NCBI RefSeq assembly: GCF_001194135.2
Contig: NC_068982.1
Location: 23,943,726-24,007,725, forward strand
Direction: 5' to 3'
Length of the DNA: 64,000 bases
DNA from: Octopus bimaculoides
Taxonomy: Eukaryota
A model generated the notes under the pieces. That model ran no database searches. It worked only from the letters and a program-made list of their open reading frames with translations, and was not told the origin of the DNA. This document shows positions 38,658 through 53,197 of the stretch, piece after piece. How positions within the stretch are numbered: position 1 is the stretch's first letter; the number at the start of each line of letters is the position of its first letter. The translations under genes were made by a program, and so were the position numbers.

Positions 38658-40881
38658 GTAGATAGATAGATATATATAGATAGAGAACCGAAGCTGCGTC
38701 CTGATCTAGCACATTTGTTTATTCCCATTTTCTAGTCGCTGTCGATTCGCCTTAAACACTACCAATATTTTTATTTTTAGATAAGCAACTTTATTCATAT
38801 GTATTTGTGTATGCATGTGATGGCGGGTGTTTATGTAAACTACATTAAACTAACAATGCAATGCAAACGTTCAAACGATCAGCACAAATGCCTCGACTAA
38901 ATAGACCTTGCGGTGTCAAAAATGTAGAAAAACTCTTAACTGAAAGACATGAATTAATATTCGCCGATCACGTCTGGGTTTTAAGAGTGAATATTTACCG
39001 ATGCCAAACAAAGATACCGAATAGCCAACATTTGAGATAGTCAAGTGAGTCTAATGAAATTGCGATGGAAGTGACCCACAGCAGTATAAAATATATATGG
39101 GATGGTGATATTTGAATAAATACGAACAAATTAATGAGAGAAAATTGTACAATAGTACGAAAGTGTGCAGGGTTTTTTTATTTTCAATCATAGTTTCTAA
39201 GACTTGCAAAATAGACTTCAACAACATTGACTAAAAAAAAAGGTAAAGTGCTTGTTATCTCGTAGATAATAAAGTCCTTTCTATGTTTTCTATTTATTTC
39301 AGAAGATATGTGTTACTGAGGCAAATGATTTTATGTGCGTATTCGCATCTAATGAAACAACTACATGTATCCAAGCTTTCACCAGAGACAGGTATCATTT
39401 CCGTGACTGTTGATTTTAAGTTTGAATAGGATAAATACGCAGTTGATGCCAATTGTTTGCAGAATATTGCATTCATGTAGTGAGATCACTCAAAAAGTGT
39501 TTGCTTTTATTGGTCTACTTTGCTTTGTTGCTCTTTCCTATTGCATTTCTGTATAATTGTATCTAATTATTAATTGAAGCATCTGCGAAATAGAAGTAAT
39601 ATAAGGGACCTTTGTCAAGAATGGGTACATTTAGGAGTATATAGTAGTCACATGACAAATTACATTAACTTCCTTTAGCCTTAAACCAGTAGATTACATC
39701 CGTAATGACATATACGTGCCTCCGGGATAATATATCTAGGATGTGCTTATTAATCTTTCTAGAATCAGTCTTAGTGGGATTGATTAATCTGATTGTGGGT
39801 TTATGTTAAAAGTTAACCATGTGAACATTAGCAGTAAAATATGGTTCAATGGACGCGCGTGCTCCGATACGGTCATTACCATGTAAATTAAAGGTAATAA
39901 CGTATCCCTGGTTCTCCGTTTCATTTAATGTAGACCTGTTAGATAACTTATCGTTGCTTGTAATAGCATTGAAGATTACTCGGCAGTGTATATTTATATC
40001 CCTTCACGAAAATGCTCAAATTTATCTGATTTCAAATGTATCCGGTTAAATGCTCTGATTTAACAGATTCCTACACCGGGCATTTGGTGACGGTTGCTTT
40101 GATATATACGAATATCATTTTCGTAATAAGTTAATATGTGTTATCTACGAAAGAGCTTCACCTCTACAAAGCCACTACTTCTACAACGGACTCAATACAG
40201 GTGAATTTACTTTACACATACACACAGAAAAACACACGCACGTACACACACTCACACGCAAACACACACACATGGATATATATANNNNNNNNNNNNNNNN
40301 NNNNNNNNNNNNNNNNNNNNNNNNNNNNNNNNNNNNNNNNNNNNNNNNNNNNNNNNNNNNNNNNNNNNNNNNNNNNNNNNNNNNNNNNNNNNNNNNNNNN
40401 NNNNNNNNNNNNNNTATACATGCATATATATATGCTTGTATGCGTGTGTGTGTGCCTGTGTGGAGTAGTACATTGCATGTAAATGTGACAACTAGCCATA
40501 TATATATCTTTTATAACATTGCTCAACAAAGAATTTGTGCAAGAAAACAACCTGTATTTTATATGTTTTTGCATGCAGAGTTCAAAAATAGTATCAAATT
40601 ATCTGTATCACCTACAGTTTATCTGTTTCAAGATAGCCCACTCAGTTCCTGTTACGTGAGTTAACTTCTAGTAAAGCTGGTGAAATTTGAAGGTAACGGT
40701 TTAAGAAATACTCCCAATTTAAATGTTTATGAGTAGAATTAACCTAATGAAATCATAAATCTAGCAATCTGAGTCAATGAGCCACCGAATCTTGACAACA
40801 ATGAGTGGATGAGTCACCGAAGGTTTGTCAGTGTAGGCGTGCGGCTGTGTACTAAGTTCAGACTTTCCATTCACTTTCATA

Positions 40882-42131
40882 ATGCCAAGTAACTGTATAA
40901 ATATCGCAAACAACTTTTGCAATGTTTGCGGTGACTTGAGATTCAGGTCACAAAGAGAACATTTCGCGCCATTGAATAAAAAGTAATATGAGCACTTGAT
41001 AAAGGCTTAGCAAATCATATGTGCTGTGTAACCTATATCAGACTGCATGGACCATGTGATATGCGTTTACCATCCCTATGATTTGAGGATAGCCTAAATA
41101 TCACACTTCAGATTTGCACTTGTTCAATATACAAGGTATAACATCAAAATCCAAGCAAACTGTAAATTATCCTCATTTATAATCTGCTATGTACCTGATC
41201 CTCCAGTCAAAGGGCACTTAGTGACGACGAGTCAAATGAGGAAGGTGTGGAGATAGAAACAGAATACATGGAGTTTGAGCCTAATTGTTCTTCAGGTGGA
41301 TCACATTTGTTGACTCAGGGAGATCTACATGATCTTGTGCGGGATTTAAACATGCCGAAAAAGCAAGCTGAACTTCTTGGTTCTAAGTTAAAGAGCTGTA
41401 ATTTTCTCCAGAAAGAGACCAAAGTTAGTGTTCATCTTGCTCGGCATTGGGATTGATTTTTGCAATTTTTCTCACTAGAGCATGGCGTGGTGTTTTGTAA
41501 TGATGTATATTCTGTTATGGAGGTACATAACCACATATATAGCACAAATGAGTGGCGTTTGTTTATTGATTCCTCAAAAGCAACCTTGAAAGCAGTTTTT
41601 CTCCACAATGGAAATAAGTTTCCTTCTGTTCCTCTGGCCCATGCAGCTAACATGAAGGAAACATGTGAGAGTTTGAAGCTTCTATTGCAAAAAATTAAGA
41701 ATGAGAAACATAACTAGAATATTTCTGGTGACCTAAAGGTTGTGGCACTTTTACTTGGAATGCAACTGGGTTACACCAGGATTTGTTGCCTTCACTGTGA
41801 GTGGGACAGTCGGGATAAGAAAACATCATTATGAAAAGAATGTGCTGTCGAAACGATATCTGACTCCTGACAGAGGAATACCATCAATCCTCCTTTGTTG
41901 ATTCTGAGAAAATTTATTTACGTCTTTTACATATTGTACTATGGTGGATTACGTATTTCCTCAAAGGTATAGATAGAATTGGCAAAGGATTCGCGTTTTT
42001 GAAAACTGAATTTCCAAGAGTAAGTGACGCAAAAATTAAGGAAGGTATTTTTGTTGGGTCAATCATTCGGGAGCTGATGCGAGACCAATAGTTTGATGAA
42101 GAGCTCAATGATGTTGAAAAAGCTGCGTGGC
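40882..42131 (+). pseudogene. Chapaev3-type (CMC superfamily) DNA transposase pseudogene
   Basis: MPSNCINIANNFCNVCGD (N-terminal Cys motif), GITSKSKQTVNYP, LLTQGDLHDLVRDLNMPKKQAELLGSKLK, EWRLFIDSSKATLKAVFLHNGNKFPSVPLAH, GDLKVVALLLGMQLGYTRICCLHCEWDSRD, FPRVSDAKIKEGIFVG.IIRELMRD and EKAAW appear in colinear order. There are many stops and frameshifts, and the C-terminus is missing. Confidence 0.85.
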
Positions 42132-44699
42132 TATTTTATAACAAAATGGAGTAACTCTGAATGTTCTAAAACGCTTGTCGATTTTTGCACGGTACGTAAT
42201 TCATTGAGCACGAAACTTTGAAATCAAATTCAACCACACATTTATCTAAACTCAAAAGAGAGAATGTCAAAAGACATTTACAGCAATGTAAATTGGCAAA
42301 TTCTCTCAGGATTCAGTGAATTGTCATCTTAGGTGGCCAACACCAATCAGGAGGCCATTACTTTTATTGAAAATATTTCATTGAAACTTTATTCGGGTCA
42401 TATTCTGTAACATACCAATGTTTATTATATACCATTTGGAATCAACTTCACGCCATATACTATTGATTTCTAGCTGTATAAAAGGATATCACATTCAATT
42501 GTGTACTTATCGTTCCGAAAATCAGTCATACATGTATTAATTGTTAAATTACATAAAATAGTTATACACTTTGAGTACCGAAGTGTCGCTTAAAATATAT
42601 TGAGTGGTGCTATGAAGTGCAAATATCGTATTAAGTGTTCTATCAATGAAACATTATTTTTTCTTTCTTTCGTTTCCTTGCCCTGTAATCTAAATATTGT
42701 GATCTAGTCTTTCTCTAGTGATTTCAATGATTTCCGCGATATCAGACTATCATGGATAATGCTCTTTTAAAAGATTTTTTTTCATATCTTTATAACTAAT
42801 TGATTCGTAAATATTGAACATTTTCCAATATTTATTGTAAAGTAAAGCAAAGCCTCATACATTTTTTAAAGTACACTACTGTTCGCAATAATGCTGTAAT
42901 AAATGACATACTGATATTTACAAAGTGCACAAAATGTGAACAAAAGTATGGTGCAATTTCTTGAGAGTAGATAAGTAAATTACATTGTTAGATAAGAAAT
43001 AGACGTTGAATGAAAATCAGCTTCAGTATTTAAAGTGAAATGCATCTCTTCAGTTGAAATATTGCTACACTTATATATAATTGTAATTGGTATTGAAAGT
43101 TGCTTTGAATCAATAACACAACCAGACACAAGAGCTCATACATTTAAACAGATGCGAATGTTTATGAAATGATTGTGTACACACTACAAAGGAAATAATT
43201 CGAAATGGTCGCCATTATTATATTAAATGAATATGGGTAAATTAATTTCTTACGTAGGTACAAGGTCACATATTTAAGATGAACACTTATTTTTCTTGAC
43301 ACAGTTACTAGGATAGTATTCATCGTGGAGTCATAGGCAGTAAACACGTTTTACTCGCCACTCTATCTGACATTCTGATCTGTTTCCTCTTCGTAATTAA
43401 CATTTAAACAAATCATTGGCGTATGTTTTTTTAACAAATGCTACGATATCAAATACAATGACCCATTCTTTTTTTTTTGCCACATTACAAGGAAGAGGAA
43501 TAAAACCAGATGTTTGCAACAAATGCAGGTGATGATTGGATGTTTGTACAACCAAACGCAGAAGCTGGCACTCTACATTCAAGAGGAATTTCACCACAAG
43601 CTTCAATTCTTCAAATGCCTGGAGGAATTTCATGGACATATAATGTGTACATACACTATGTCTTATTTTTCGCTAAGTAGTTATGAAATGTTTAATAAAA
43701 TGAATATTAGTTCCAATCGTACAATGTGAACGTTAATAAATGAAGAATACTTATATTTCATGTCGAGTATATGACAGAAAAAATCAAAATAGAATGCTAT
43801 GTGAGACTTTAAACTATTGCATTGAGTACCAATTCCAGGCACTTGTTTCTGAATATTTTCATGCTATTTTATTTTAATTTGTTCTGTGTTGATGTGTGAG
43901 CAAATAGAATATTCTTTCACATATTGTGAATTGTGACGAAATATTATCGATATTTGCTTTTAGTAGAGAATTGGTGACAGTTCTTTTAACTAATTGGTAT
44001 TAAAATAGATTTGCCTTTATAAATATTAGCAGCTATCATGAAGGAAATATTGTTCCTTCTCAAAACCTTTGCTATTCTTCGTGAAATATAGCAGCATACT
44101 TCTTTTCATTGTTTTCATAAAAGCTATTCAGTGAATAATAATACGGTATTCATATTTGTGAACAACACTACATTTCCAATTTTCAACTGATTAGGATTTT
44201 TTGGAAAATATTGCAAAAATCGGCATTTGTTTCAATTTTACATAATAATGACCAACCTGCAGTCGAAAAAAGTTGCAGAGCATTTTTAGACAACTATACA
44301 TTCCAATTTGGTTATTTTTACTTTGTTATTAGTTTTAAGTAAGAATATCCATCCATTCATCCATCCATCCATCTATCCAACAATCCATACATACATACAT
44401 ACATACATATAGTGAGACTATTTATGATGATGAGCTGCAATATTCGCAAACTACAGTTGCATATAATATAAGTTCATACCTAATATTTATTACGAAAACA
44501 AATAGTTGGTTTTTGCCAGCAACACTATATTTCACTACTTAAGAAGTAACAATAAATTGAAACAAAATCTCTCTTGCAGTATTACACACAAGGAAAAAGG
44601 GTATAAATAATCAAAGAATATTCATAATATCGGAGTTATCAAAAGAAAGGTACCGAAAACGAGATTAAAACAAAATGTATCACGAAAATAAACATACTA

Positions 44700-45095
44700 A
44701 ATCAGCTGAATACTATTTTTTTCCGTTTTGGGGAATTTTGATCTCGGATCTGTGCAGAGCCATACTTTTACGTAGACTGTTTTTTTGTATTGCTCTTGAT
44801 ACCCAGAGCAGATTAGTGCGTATATCAGGTTCTCCGGAGCATATGTGAAGCTCTTTTCTACTGTGAAACGATGGCCCGGTTTGAAGGAGAACTCTGATCC
44901 CCTAATTAAATTGACACATATCCAACAGTTGGTCTTCCACATTTTTTTTTTACTGACGGCTTCAGTGTTATTGTTGTGCGTATTCGGGCTTGTGTTAGCA
45001 GACTTTTAATAGATTTGGGCTGTCTCTTGCTTTTTATGATGGTGTCTGTTTGGAGGATTAATTCATTCTGTGGTCCTTTATTTAACAGGCGAATG
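44700..45095 (-). pseudogene. Penelope-like retroelement GIY-YIG endonuclease fragment
   Basis: The minus strand gives IIKSKRQPKSIKSLLTQAR...KPSVKKCGRP / NCWICVNLIRGSEFSFKPGHRFTVEKSFTYAPENLIYALICSG.QEQY / SLRKSMALHRSEI. This is the CxxC-CxxC linker, LIY..C..Y and LR.R...HR pattern of PLE endonucleases, with frameshifts. Confidence 0.8.
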
Positions 45096-45880
45096 TTTAT
45101 TTAATACTTTAAACTGACATATTTGTAAAATACGCAATTCATTTTGGTGCGTGTATAAAATTGATAGATATCACACGCTGAATGGAATACTTTTTTGCTC
45201 ATTCTACCTATGTTGAATGTATAAACTACATATATATAGAGAGAAAAAGGCCAAGGTAGAAAATGCAAAAATAATTTTACTAAAAGTATTTCAGTACCGT
45301 TTCAGTCATTGAGGCTTTCTCACCTGTAAATATCGAAAACAAATTTTAAAAAACCAATTTTTTTTTTTTTAATCAATTTTTTTTTTTTAAAGAATATTTG
45401 CATAATATTCAAATACAAGGGGCATTTCCTTGTTTCAGCCTGTCTCTGTCTCTCNNNNNNNNNNNNNNNNNNNNNNNNNNNNNNNNNNNNNNNNNNNNNN
45501 NNNNNNNNNNNNNNNNNNNNNNNNNNNNNNNNNNNGGAGGAGGAGAAGAAGAATGTGGGAGTGCTATGATAGTAGTAGGATGTTAAATGGTCAAGTGCCC
45601 TGAAAGTGACTTGTGGATGGTAGTAGTGATTGAAATCTTGAGACATCTCTTTCGAACGTATTGTTTACAATATTTGCGTAGGTGTTATTCTAAACAGCAA
45701 TAGTAGTAAAGTAAGGAAGGAAGTGACAGAGAGGATATTGGAATAGAGGTTAGCTACATCGAAGGATACTAGTACTGTGGTTTTCTTTATACTTTCAGGA
45801 ATGTGATTGAGCATATCCAGGTCGTTCATTATGTAGCTTTTGACATGCTTGAGGAATGGTTTTAAGACAGTATGTAAAAT

Positions 45881-46012
45881 ATTTCAACCTGGCTCCTTCT
45901 ATTAGGAAATGGGAACGTTCCATTTGATGGAAATGGTGATATCAGTTTGGCTCATATTGCTTTCGTGGTGAATTCCCCATCTGAACTGAAGAACATATTA
46001 TTTCCAAACTTA
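45881..46012 (+). pseudogene. Helitron Pif1-like helicase fragment (44 aa)
   Basis: ISTWLLLLGNGNVPFDGNGDISLAHIAFVVNSPSELKNILFPNL matches the Helitron helicase motif F..WLL.IGNG......EL...VFP.L. Confidence 0.6.
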
Positions 46013-46287
46013 GGTAAAGTTTATAAATTAGATTTAATCCATGTCCTGTTTTGAATAATATTGAATTGTTTTAAATATTACTGTTTTAACTCGAAGAAGC
46101 TTTCCTTAATTGCGGACGATTGTTGCATTCTGTGGCACCACAAACTTAATATAACGTTTATATTGTAGGTACATATGAACTATTACTAAGTTATTTCACA
46201 GAGCTGCTTTGAGATAATTTTGTAAGTTTCTCTAGTTAATACATTGTCTAGATGTTTTCATATATAGATACATATACACACACACAT

Positions 46288-46345
<58 letters not shown>

Positions 46346-49228
46346 GACAAAGGTCTGATTCAACAATGTTTGAGATTGCCACCCATTTTTTTCTGGCTCC
46401 GTATTCGTTTACCTCCTAAGATGCGTATATACACGCATTATTTTCCTTATCGTAACATGTACCATCGCTTTGTATGTTGCTGAAAAGCAAGGTGAATGCG
46501 TTTTGAGTTAGGTTTTAGAATCAACAGAGGTTTTCTTCTAGTCATCTTCAATACTATACCTATTTTATTCAAAAATCATAGATCATAATTTATGGTTTTA
46601 GAAATATTTCAAAAATATTGATACTTATGTTAAGAATTGCGAAACAGAATCATAAATGATCCATAAAATATTTACCTTTAGTAATATTTGTCGTGTAGAA
46701 TTATCTCATATCTGGAATGTATTGCATAGTGGTCTGTCTGTATGATACAGTTTCATATTATTTAATATTTCTTTCCACTCCATAAGAATATTTCTGTATT
46801 AGTTGCACAACTTTTTCTAGTACACATTTAGAGGCTAGTTAAAGGCAGAATAGATTTCTACATAATATTATCACTAGTTATATTTTAGGAGTTGAAATGC
46901 CATGGGTTGTATGAATTCATGTCAGAATACACTTCACATAGTTGTCTTTTATAATTTACACTGTAGGATTTGTTGATAGCCATTTACTATATTAAGTGGT
47001 GTTGACATGCATTTATTTGTAAACGTAAATTTTCTGTTGCCCTATTCAGTCCGCAAATATTCGTAAGTATCAGAAAAAAATATCCAAATTAATTTTCATC
47101 TTTACTATTCATATAATTATAAATCAATAACTATTTTATCTATAGACATACACTACTATTAATCAGTGACACTCTACTTTGGGACGCTATAAAACTGTGT
47201 TCAGTAGGATTTTACGAGAAACAGATGGAAAAAAACGTCTACATTTGTCTTAGTGTCTACCAATCACTACCAATCAGAGCAGAACTATGAGAGAATATAA
47301 GCATTGTAGAATGTTCATTTGTAAGACGTAATATATGAAGACGTAACTAAATTCGCTTTACTGCCAAACATATATGTAGTACAAAGGCATTTTTTAAAAT
47401 ATCAGGTTTTTCCTAGCTGAATAAATGTGTAATTGGATAAAAGAATAATTTGGGAAGTGAGTGTTGGCTGAGCGGTGAAATTTTTCGTTACTGCTGCTCA
47501 GTAGTAAATAATCTATATCTAAGACGATCTGATGTTTGAAAATGTTGTTGTTTTGGCACGATACGAGACGAATACCCAATCAACACTGTTCAACACGCTC
47601 ACAGTAATAGAATATACTTCTTCAGAAACTAAACCAGACTAATCATCAAAACATGAATAGCATATGCCAAATATCATCAGTAACCGTTCTAATTAACGAT
47701 TACATCTCGGGATGCAGACGTTTTTTTATAGAAGATTTTGACAACTTTGAATCTATTTTCATTTGAACAGCATCTTTTTTTGCTCGTGTGACTGCGAATT
47801 CAAGAAATGTTCGAGTTTATTGATTTCGCAGCCACACCAGTTTATTCACTGTCTGCATTGCTATTTAAGACAAGATTCCAATCTGTCAACTCCGTACATC
47901 GTTGGTGCAACGGCACTCAGATTTTTCTTAGTATTTGTTTTTGTTTTAAAAAGATAATTCATACTTAGACGTTTATCATATAAAATCAATACGTACAGAC
48001 GTATGGAAATTTCGACATTCAAATATGTTACATAGCATGACACAAAATCAAAGTCACATGAGCAAAAAATTTTCGTTGAAGTAAACTAGTAAACGATATT
48101 TGTATAACAATAGAAACTTAGAAATCTCTGCTTCCCTCGAAATATTTATATATGCGAAAAATATGCACGCACGCACTCAAACACACACACAAGCACACAC
48201 ACACACACACACACGTATATATATATATATATGTATGTATNNNNNNNNNNNNNNNNNNNNNNNNNNNNNNNNNNNNNNNNNNNNNNNNNNNNNNNNNNNN
48301 NNNNNNNNNNNNNNNNNNNNNNNNNNNNNNNNNNNNNNNNNNNNNNNNNNNNNNNNNNNNNNNNNNNNNNNNNNNNNTATATATATATACAATGATGCGC
48401 ACGTACAAATATGCGTATATCACAACAACAGTTAAGATAAGTTCATTGTGCATAGTGTCGATGATCTGCTTTTTAAAGACGAAAATTGGATAAACACATT
48501 TTGCTTAAAATATATGTATACAGGATTCTCGATACATTGGAGAATGTGCGTGTGTGTTAGTTCGCGAATTTTTTTTTTTACTTTGGGTAAAATACTGATA
48601 CACGGTGATTATATGTTAGCTTGCAAAATGTTCATACGTTCCAAAAAGCTGTTATTTAGCATTATAAAAAAAACCCAGGATTTGTCGTCATTGGTTCTCT
48701 TAGCTTAATAGTTCAGACCGCTCAGCCATAGTTTTAGAGGTCAAGATTCAATAGTGTGTGGAGGCCTGTTAGGCAGATAGTTTCTCTTTTCTGAATAGGG
48801 TATTTACCCAATTTTCTAGGCTGTCCTAACAATCTACCTGCATTCTTGAATTCCTGTAGAGATAGGCAGTGATAAAGACCGTCTTTTAAAAGTAGGTGGA
48901 AGGAAATTAATATTTATGGAGAGTTTCGAATACATATAAATGAATAATGTGATCCAAATAGGGATTTATGACGCCATGCATTTATTTCTATATGCAAATT
49001 GCCATCTAAATACACTTCTTAGAATTACATTTCTGCATCGGAAATTTTTGATTTACATAATCGCTCAACGAATAAAAGTTTATAGCCGACTACCTACACA
49101 GTATTTTCATGCCCTGGGTGAAGGAGCTTGAGCTTAATTATCGGATTTATATCAGCAATAATTGGTGACTATCAACACGGTACTTTCATAACTGTTCTTC
49201 GACGTGCGCAGCCGTACACGTACACACT

Positions 49229-49500
49229 CATTGTTAAACAAAAGAGAATTATATTTGAGATCTGCTGTAAGTTTGAACAAGCAGTCGTAGTTCAAAGAAA
49301 GTTTTGGAGGGATTTTCAAACGTATTTACTTTAGCAATTAGAAATCAATTTAAATCAGATGGAACTATTCGGCAGGGCCAAATAAAAAATTTCGTTTTCG
49401 GAAGACTGTAGATATCGATGAGTCAAGAAAGAGTACTATAAACGTCGTACTATATTTCAAGAAAATGTCTGCATCAAGTAAATTACAAATTCATTTACAC
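49229..49500 (+). pseudogene. Tc1/mariner transposase N-terminal HTH (DUF4817-like) remnant
   Basis: VKQKRIIFEICCKFEQAVVVQRKFWRDFQT / AIRNQFKSDGTI resembles L..EQR..I...Y......VQR.F...F...PT..TI..I..KF...GTV. Confidence 0.45.
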
Positions 49501-49579
49501 TGAGTTAACTCACCATACAGAAATTGCCTGAGGAATCCGATCGTCTTCCATTCTGAATATACAACCACCCTTTCGTATT

Positions 49580-50540
49580 ACGCACTATATTTGTACCTGT
49601 TTCCCTAACTGCATTTGAGAATTTTATCTTGACTTACATTTACTATCAGAATTCAGGAGACAGTGAGACACAGTTGATGAATTCGTTTTAGCCTTTTCAT
49701 GTCTCCGACCAGAATCAATTTTCCCTTGCATACAAGTGTTGTAGAACTCCAACTCAAATTCCATGTGGGGTTTATAAACGTTTTACCAATTTTCGGAATA
49801 TCTCATCGGATTACTTGCATCATGGACAAAACTCCATCAAAGTATCTACCATATTCACAGTATTGACGATGCACACTATTTTTCCACAACCGACAGTTTT
49901 CCAAATATACAAAACTGTTTATTTTAGAGTAACCTTTTCCTGGTGGAGATTGTTATATTCCGATTTCCTCTTCAGTATGACTGTTAGACCCATTGCACTG
50001 CAAGATGTCATGACGGAATTCAAACATCAAAAAATTGGGTACTAGTGTTGAGCATAGCTTTGTTATGACAGAAAATCCTCTTTTATTCAACATCCTGCCC
50101 GTTATCGAATGCAATGTGAATTCCATGCAACTAGCCTTCAAAGCTATTACAAAAGCCAGAGCAAATTACAGTGCGTAATGAGTAGACTCTGGTATATCTC
50201 ATTGCTTAAGTACTATTTTCAAAATATATTGTTGGAGTGAAATGCAAATTGAATCCCGTCTGATTCATTCTTCCACTAAGCATCTTCCATATCACAAAAA
50301 CTATGTTTTACCGTAAAAGTTTCATTCTTATATGCTTTCTTTCTCATGCAGGACACTTGCAATCTTTACATTTTTTTCATTTAATAATGTCTGGACTTTC
50401 TCATCATTTTCATGAAAGCCGTCGTCTTCTCCATATTTTCTTTTCCCTAAGCAAAGAACTGCAGTTTGTTAACACCATAGAAAAACGTTTTTACAGTTCT
50501 CAAGTGTCTTTAAATTGAATATTGCCTGTCCTTTTCCCCT
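49580..50540 (-). mobile_element. RTE-clade LINE remnant, heavily decayed and internally deleted
   Basis: Minus-strand pieces DGFHENDEKVQTLLNEK, WKNESDGIQFAFHSNN and GDMKRLKRIHQLCL..IL..SQDKI match the RTE ORF linker and C-terminus. Confidence 0.6.
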
Positions 50541-51139
50541 ACTCCTCATTAATAGCATTATCATTCAGAGGAGTCTGATATAATTATTTTAGCCACAATA
50601 TTGGCATTTACATTTGTTACAATTCATTTGATTTAAAAACCAACTTTGCACAAGGAAACCGATGGTCAGTCCAGTATTCAGCTTCCCGCGTGACGCAGAT
50701 ATTGCACACATCACAGACATCGTGCATACACAATGAGTCAAGCTCACTGATATGACACTGCTTCGAGCGTGGATTCATCTACAATTCATATTTACCCTCT
50801 ACTGGTATATGATAGTTACTATTCACAAACTCCGCTTTTGAAATATTTGCAGCAATAATCCATTAATATTGCGCATTTTCATTCCGTGGTTTTCTTTTCA
50901 ACCTCAAAATATGAGTCACCAAGTATGAGAACTTAATCAGCATACAGAATCTTTCGGCTCCAAACACCCAAGTAAAGAATTAATTTTGAAAAAAATATTT
51001 ATATGCTTCGAATAAAAATATTTACATCCTGTGTCTTACAAAATAAATGGAGTTTTGTCAGCTTTTTGTGTGAAGCAATTATTGTTCCATACCATTGTTT
51101 CTGATAGCAATGAAATTTCATTGTGAATATTCATTTAGC

Positions 51140-51345
51140 TCAAGGCGGCGCGCTGGTAGAATTGTTAGCATATCAGGCAAAATGCTTAATGGAATTTCGT
51201 CCATTTGTATGGTTTCAGCTCAAATTCTGCTGAGGACGACACTGCCTTTCATTTTCTTGGGGTCTATCAAATAGTACTAGGGTTGATGTAATCGATTTAC
51301 ACATTCCACTGAAATTGTTGGCCTTCGCCAAACTCTGAAGCCAAT
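51140..51345 (+). mobile_element. SINE family C copy
   Basis: AAGGCGGCGCGCTGGTAGAATTGTTAGCATATCAGGCAAAATGCTTAATGG...CTCAAATTCTGCTGAGGACGACACTGCCTTTCAT...GTTGATGTAATCGATTTA. Confidence 0.8.
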
Positions 51346-52238
51346 TTTCAATGAAAACGCGCACGCACACGCACGCACACGCACGTACACACAATTAACA
51401 TCTATATATATACATATATGTGCATATATAAACAGAAGATACAAACGTAACTGAACAATTGAGAATTTCGTTTCACTATTAAGCTCTTGCATTTGTATGT
51501 CTTTATTTTTTTTTTAATGGAATCACCAGTTTGACCGAAGTCTATTTAAACAACCGATTAGCCGGTTATCTGACGGATAGATTACACGCTTATTACACAT
51601 AACCAGCGAATTAAAGAATGCGCTGAAAATATATATAATAACACACATCGTACAGGTGTAACAAGTTACATTTATGCCAACTTTTGAGTAATTATTATTG
51701 TTGACAGAACACCTGTACGTCGAATGTGTATCCGTATAATAAAACAGGTATACGCGTATACACATGTTTTTATGGGTAAGTATATTTCGTTTCAATATAT
51801 ATAAATATTAGTATATTCATGTAAAAATATTTTCATTGCATCCTCTACAATTAATACAGAAGATTCACGGCTACCTCAGTTTGACAGAAACATCGAAGTC
51901 ATTCGTCAAACATCAGGTTTCAGATTAGAAGCAGTGTTTCGTTATTTAAATAGATGTAGGAACAAATATTTGTTCTGAATTGTTATTTAAATTAATATAG
52001 TGAGATGGATTAGCTTATTATTACCTAATATATAAATTTCCGACATATGAGTTACATAATGTTTTCATGTATATTCAAACAAAATTTATAAGTACTCAAT
52101 CACACTTTTTTGTCAGCATATCATATGCTTAATTTATCAATCAATCTATATATTTAACTGTGCATTTCTTTCTCTAACTCTCTCCCTCCTTCGTTTTCTC
52201 CCTCTCTTTCTCTCTCTTTCTCTCTCTCTCTCTTTCAG

Positions 52239-52271
<33 letters not shown>

Positions 52272-52502
52272 GTATGTATATGTATATACGTATATATATA
52301 AATGTTTATATATATATATATGTATATATATATAATTATATATATATATATATAAATAAATAAATATATATANNNNNNNNNNNNNNNNNNNNNNNNNNNN
52401 NNNNNNNNNNNNNNNNNNNNNNNNNNNNNNNNNNNNNNNNNNNNNNNNNNNNNNNNNNNNNNNNNNNNNNNNNNNNNNNNNNNNNNNNNNNNNNNNNNNN
52501 NN

Positions 52503-52544
<42 letters not shown>

Positions 52545-53145
52545 GTATGTATATATATACATATATATATATACAGATGTATACATGTATACATACAGAT
52601 GTTCATATATATATATATATATGCATACACAGACACACACACACACACACACACACACGCATATATATATATATATGTATATATGGGAGTTGATTGTATA
52701 TATATGTAGAGAAAACAAACGCACACACGCACATAGGCACACACGTACAAAAACAACATTTGAATATGTATCCAACTATGAATATCTCACCGTATATGTG
52801 TGTGTGTGCATGCTTGTGTGTGTGCATAAGTGCTCGTTTATATCTATTTGCCTCTTTGTAAAACTCTGTGTATTGTGTGAAACCAAAAATTGGAAGATGA
52901 ATTGCTACTGTGAATTACGAATTTTATTATCATTAAGTTTAAAAGCAGGAAATTCTAGCTTGCTATTCTTTCTTGCAATAATTATACAAATTGTAAAAAG
53001 TGATTGATTACTGTTTTATATTTACTTCATTTTGCCGTGAGGAAAAAGGCCTTTAATTCTTATCAGTGAAAAAAAAAAAAAAAAACCTATGCATGTATAT
53101 ATGTACATACGTAAGTATATATTTTCAATTATGTGCATATATATA

Positions 53146-53197
<52 letters not shown>

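Noticed and set aside
38941-38961. TGAAAGACATG resembling the start of miR-71
   Set aside because: It is an 11-nt match only, with no hairpin and no adjacent miR-2 cluster.
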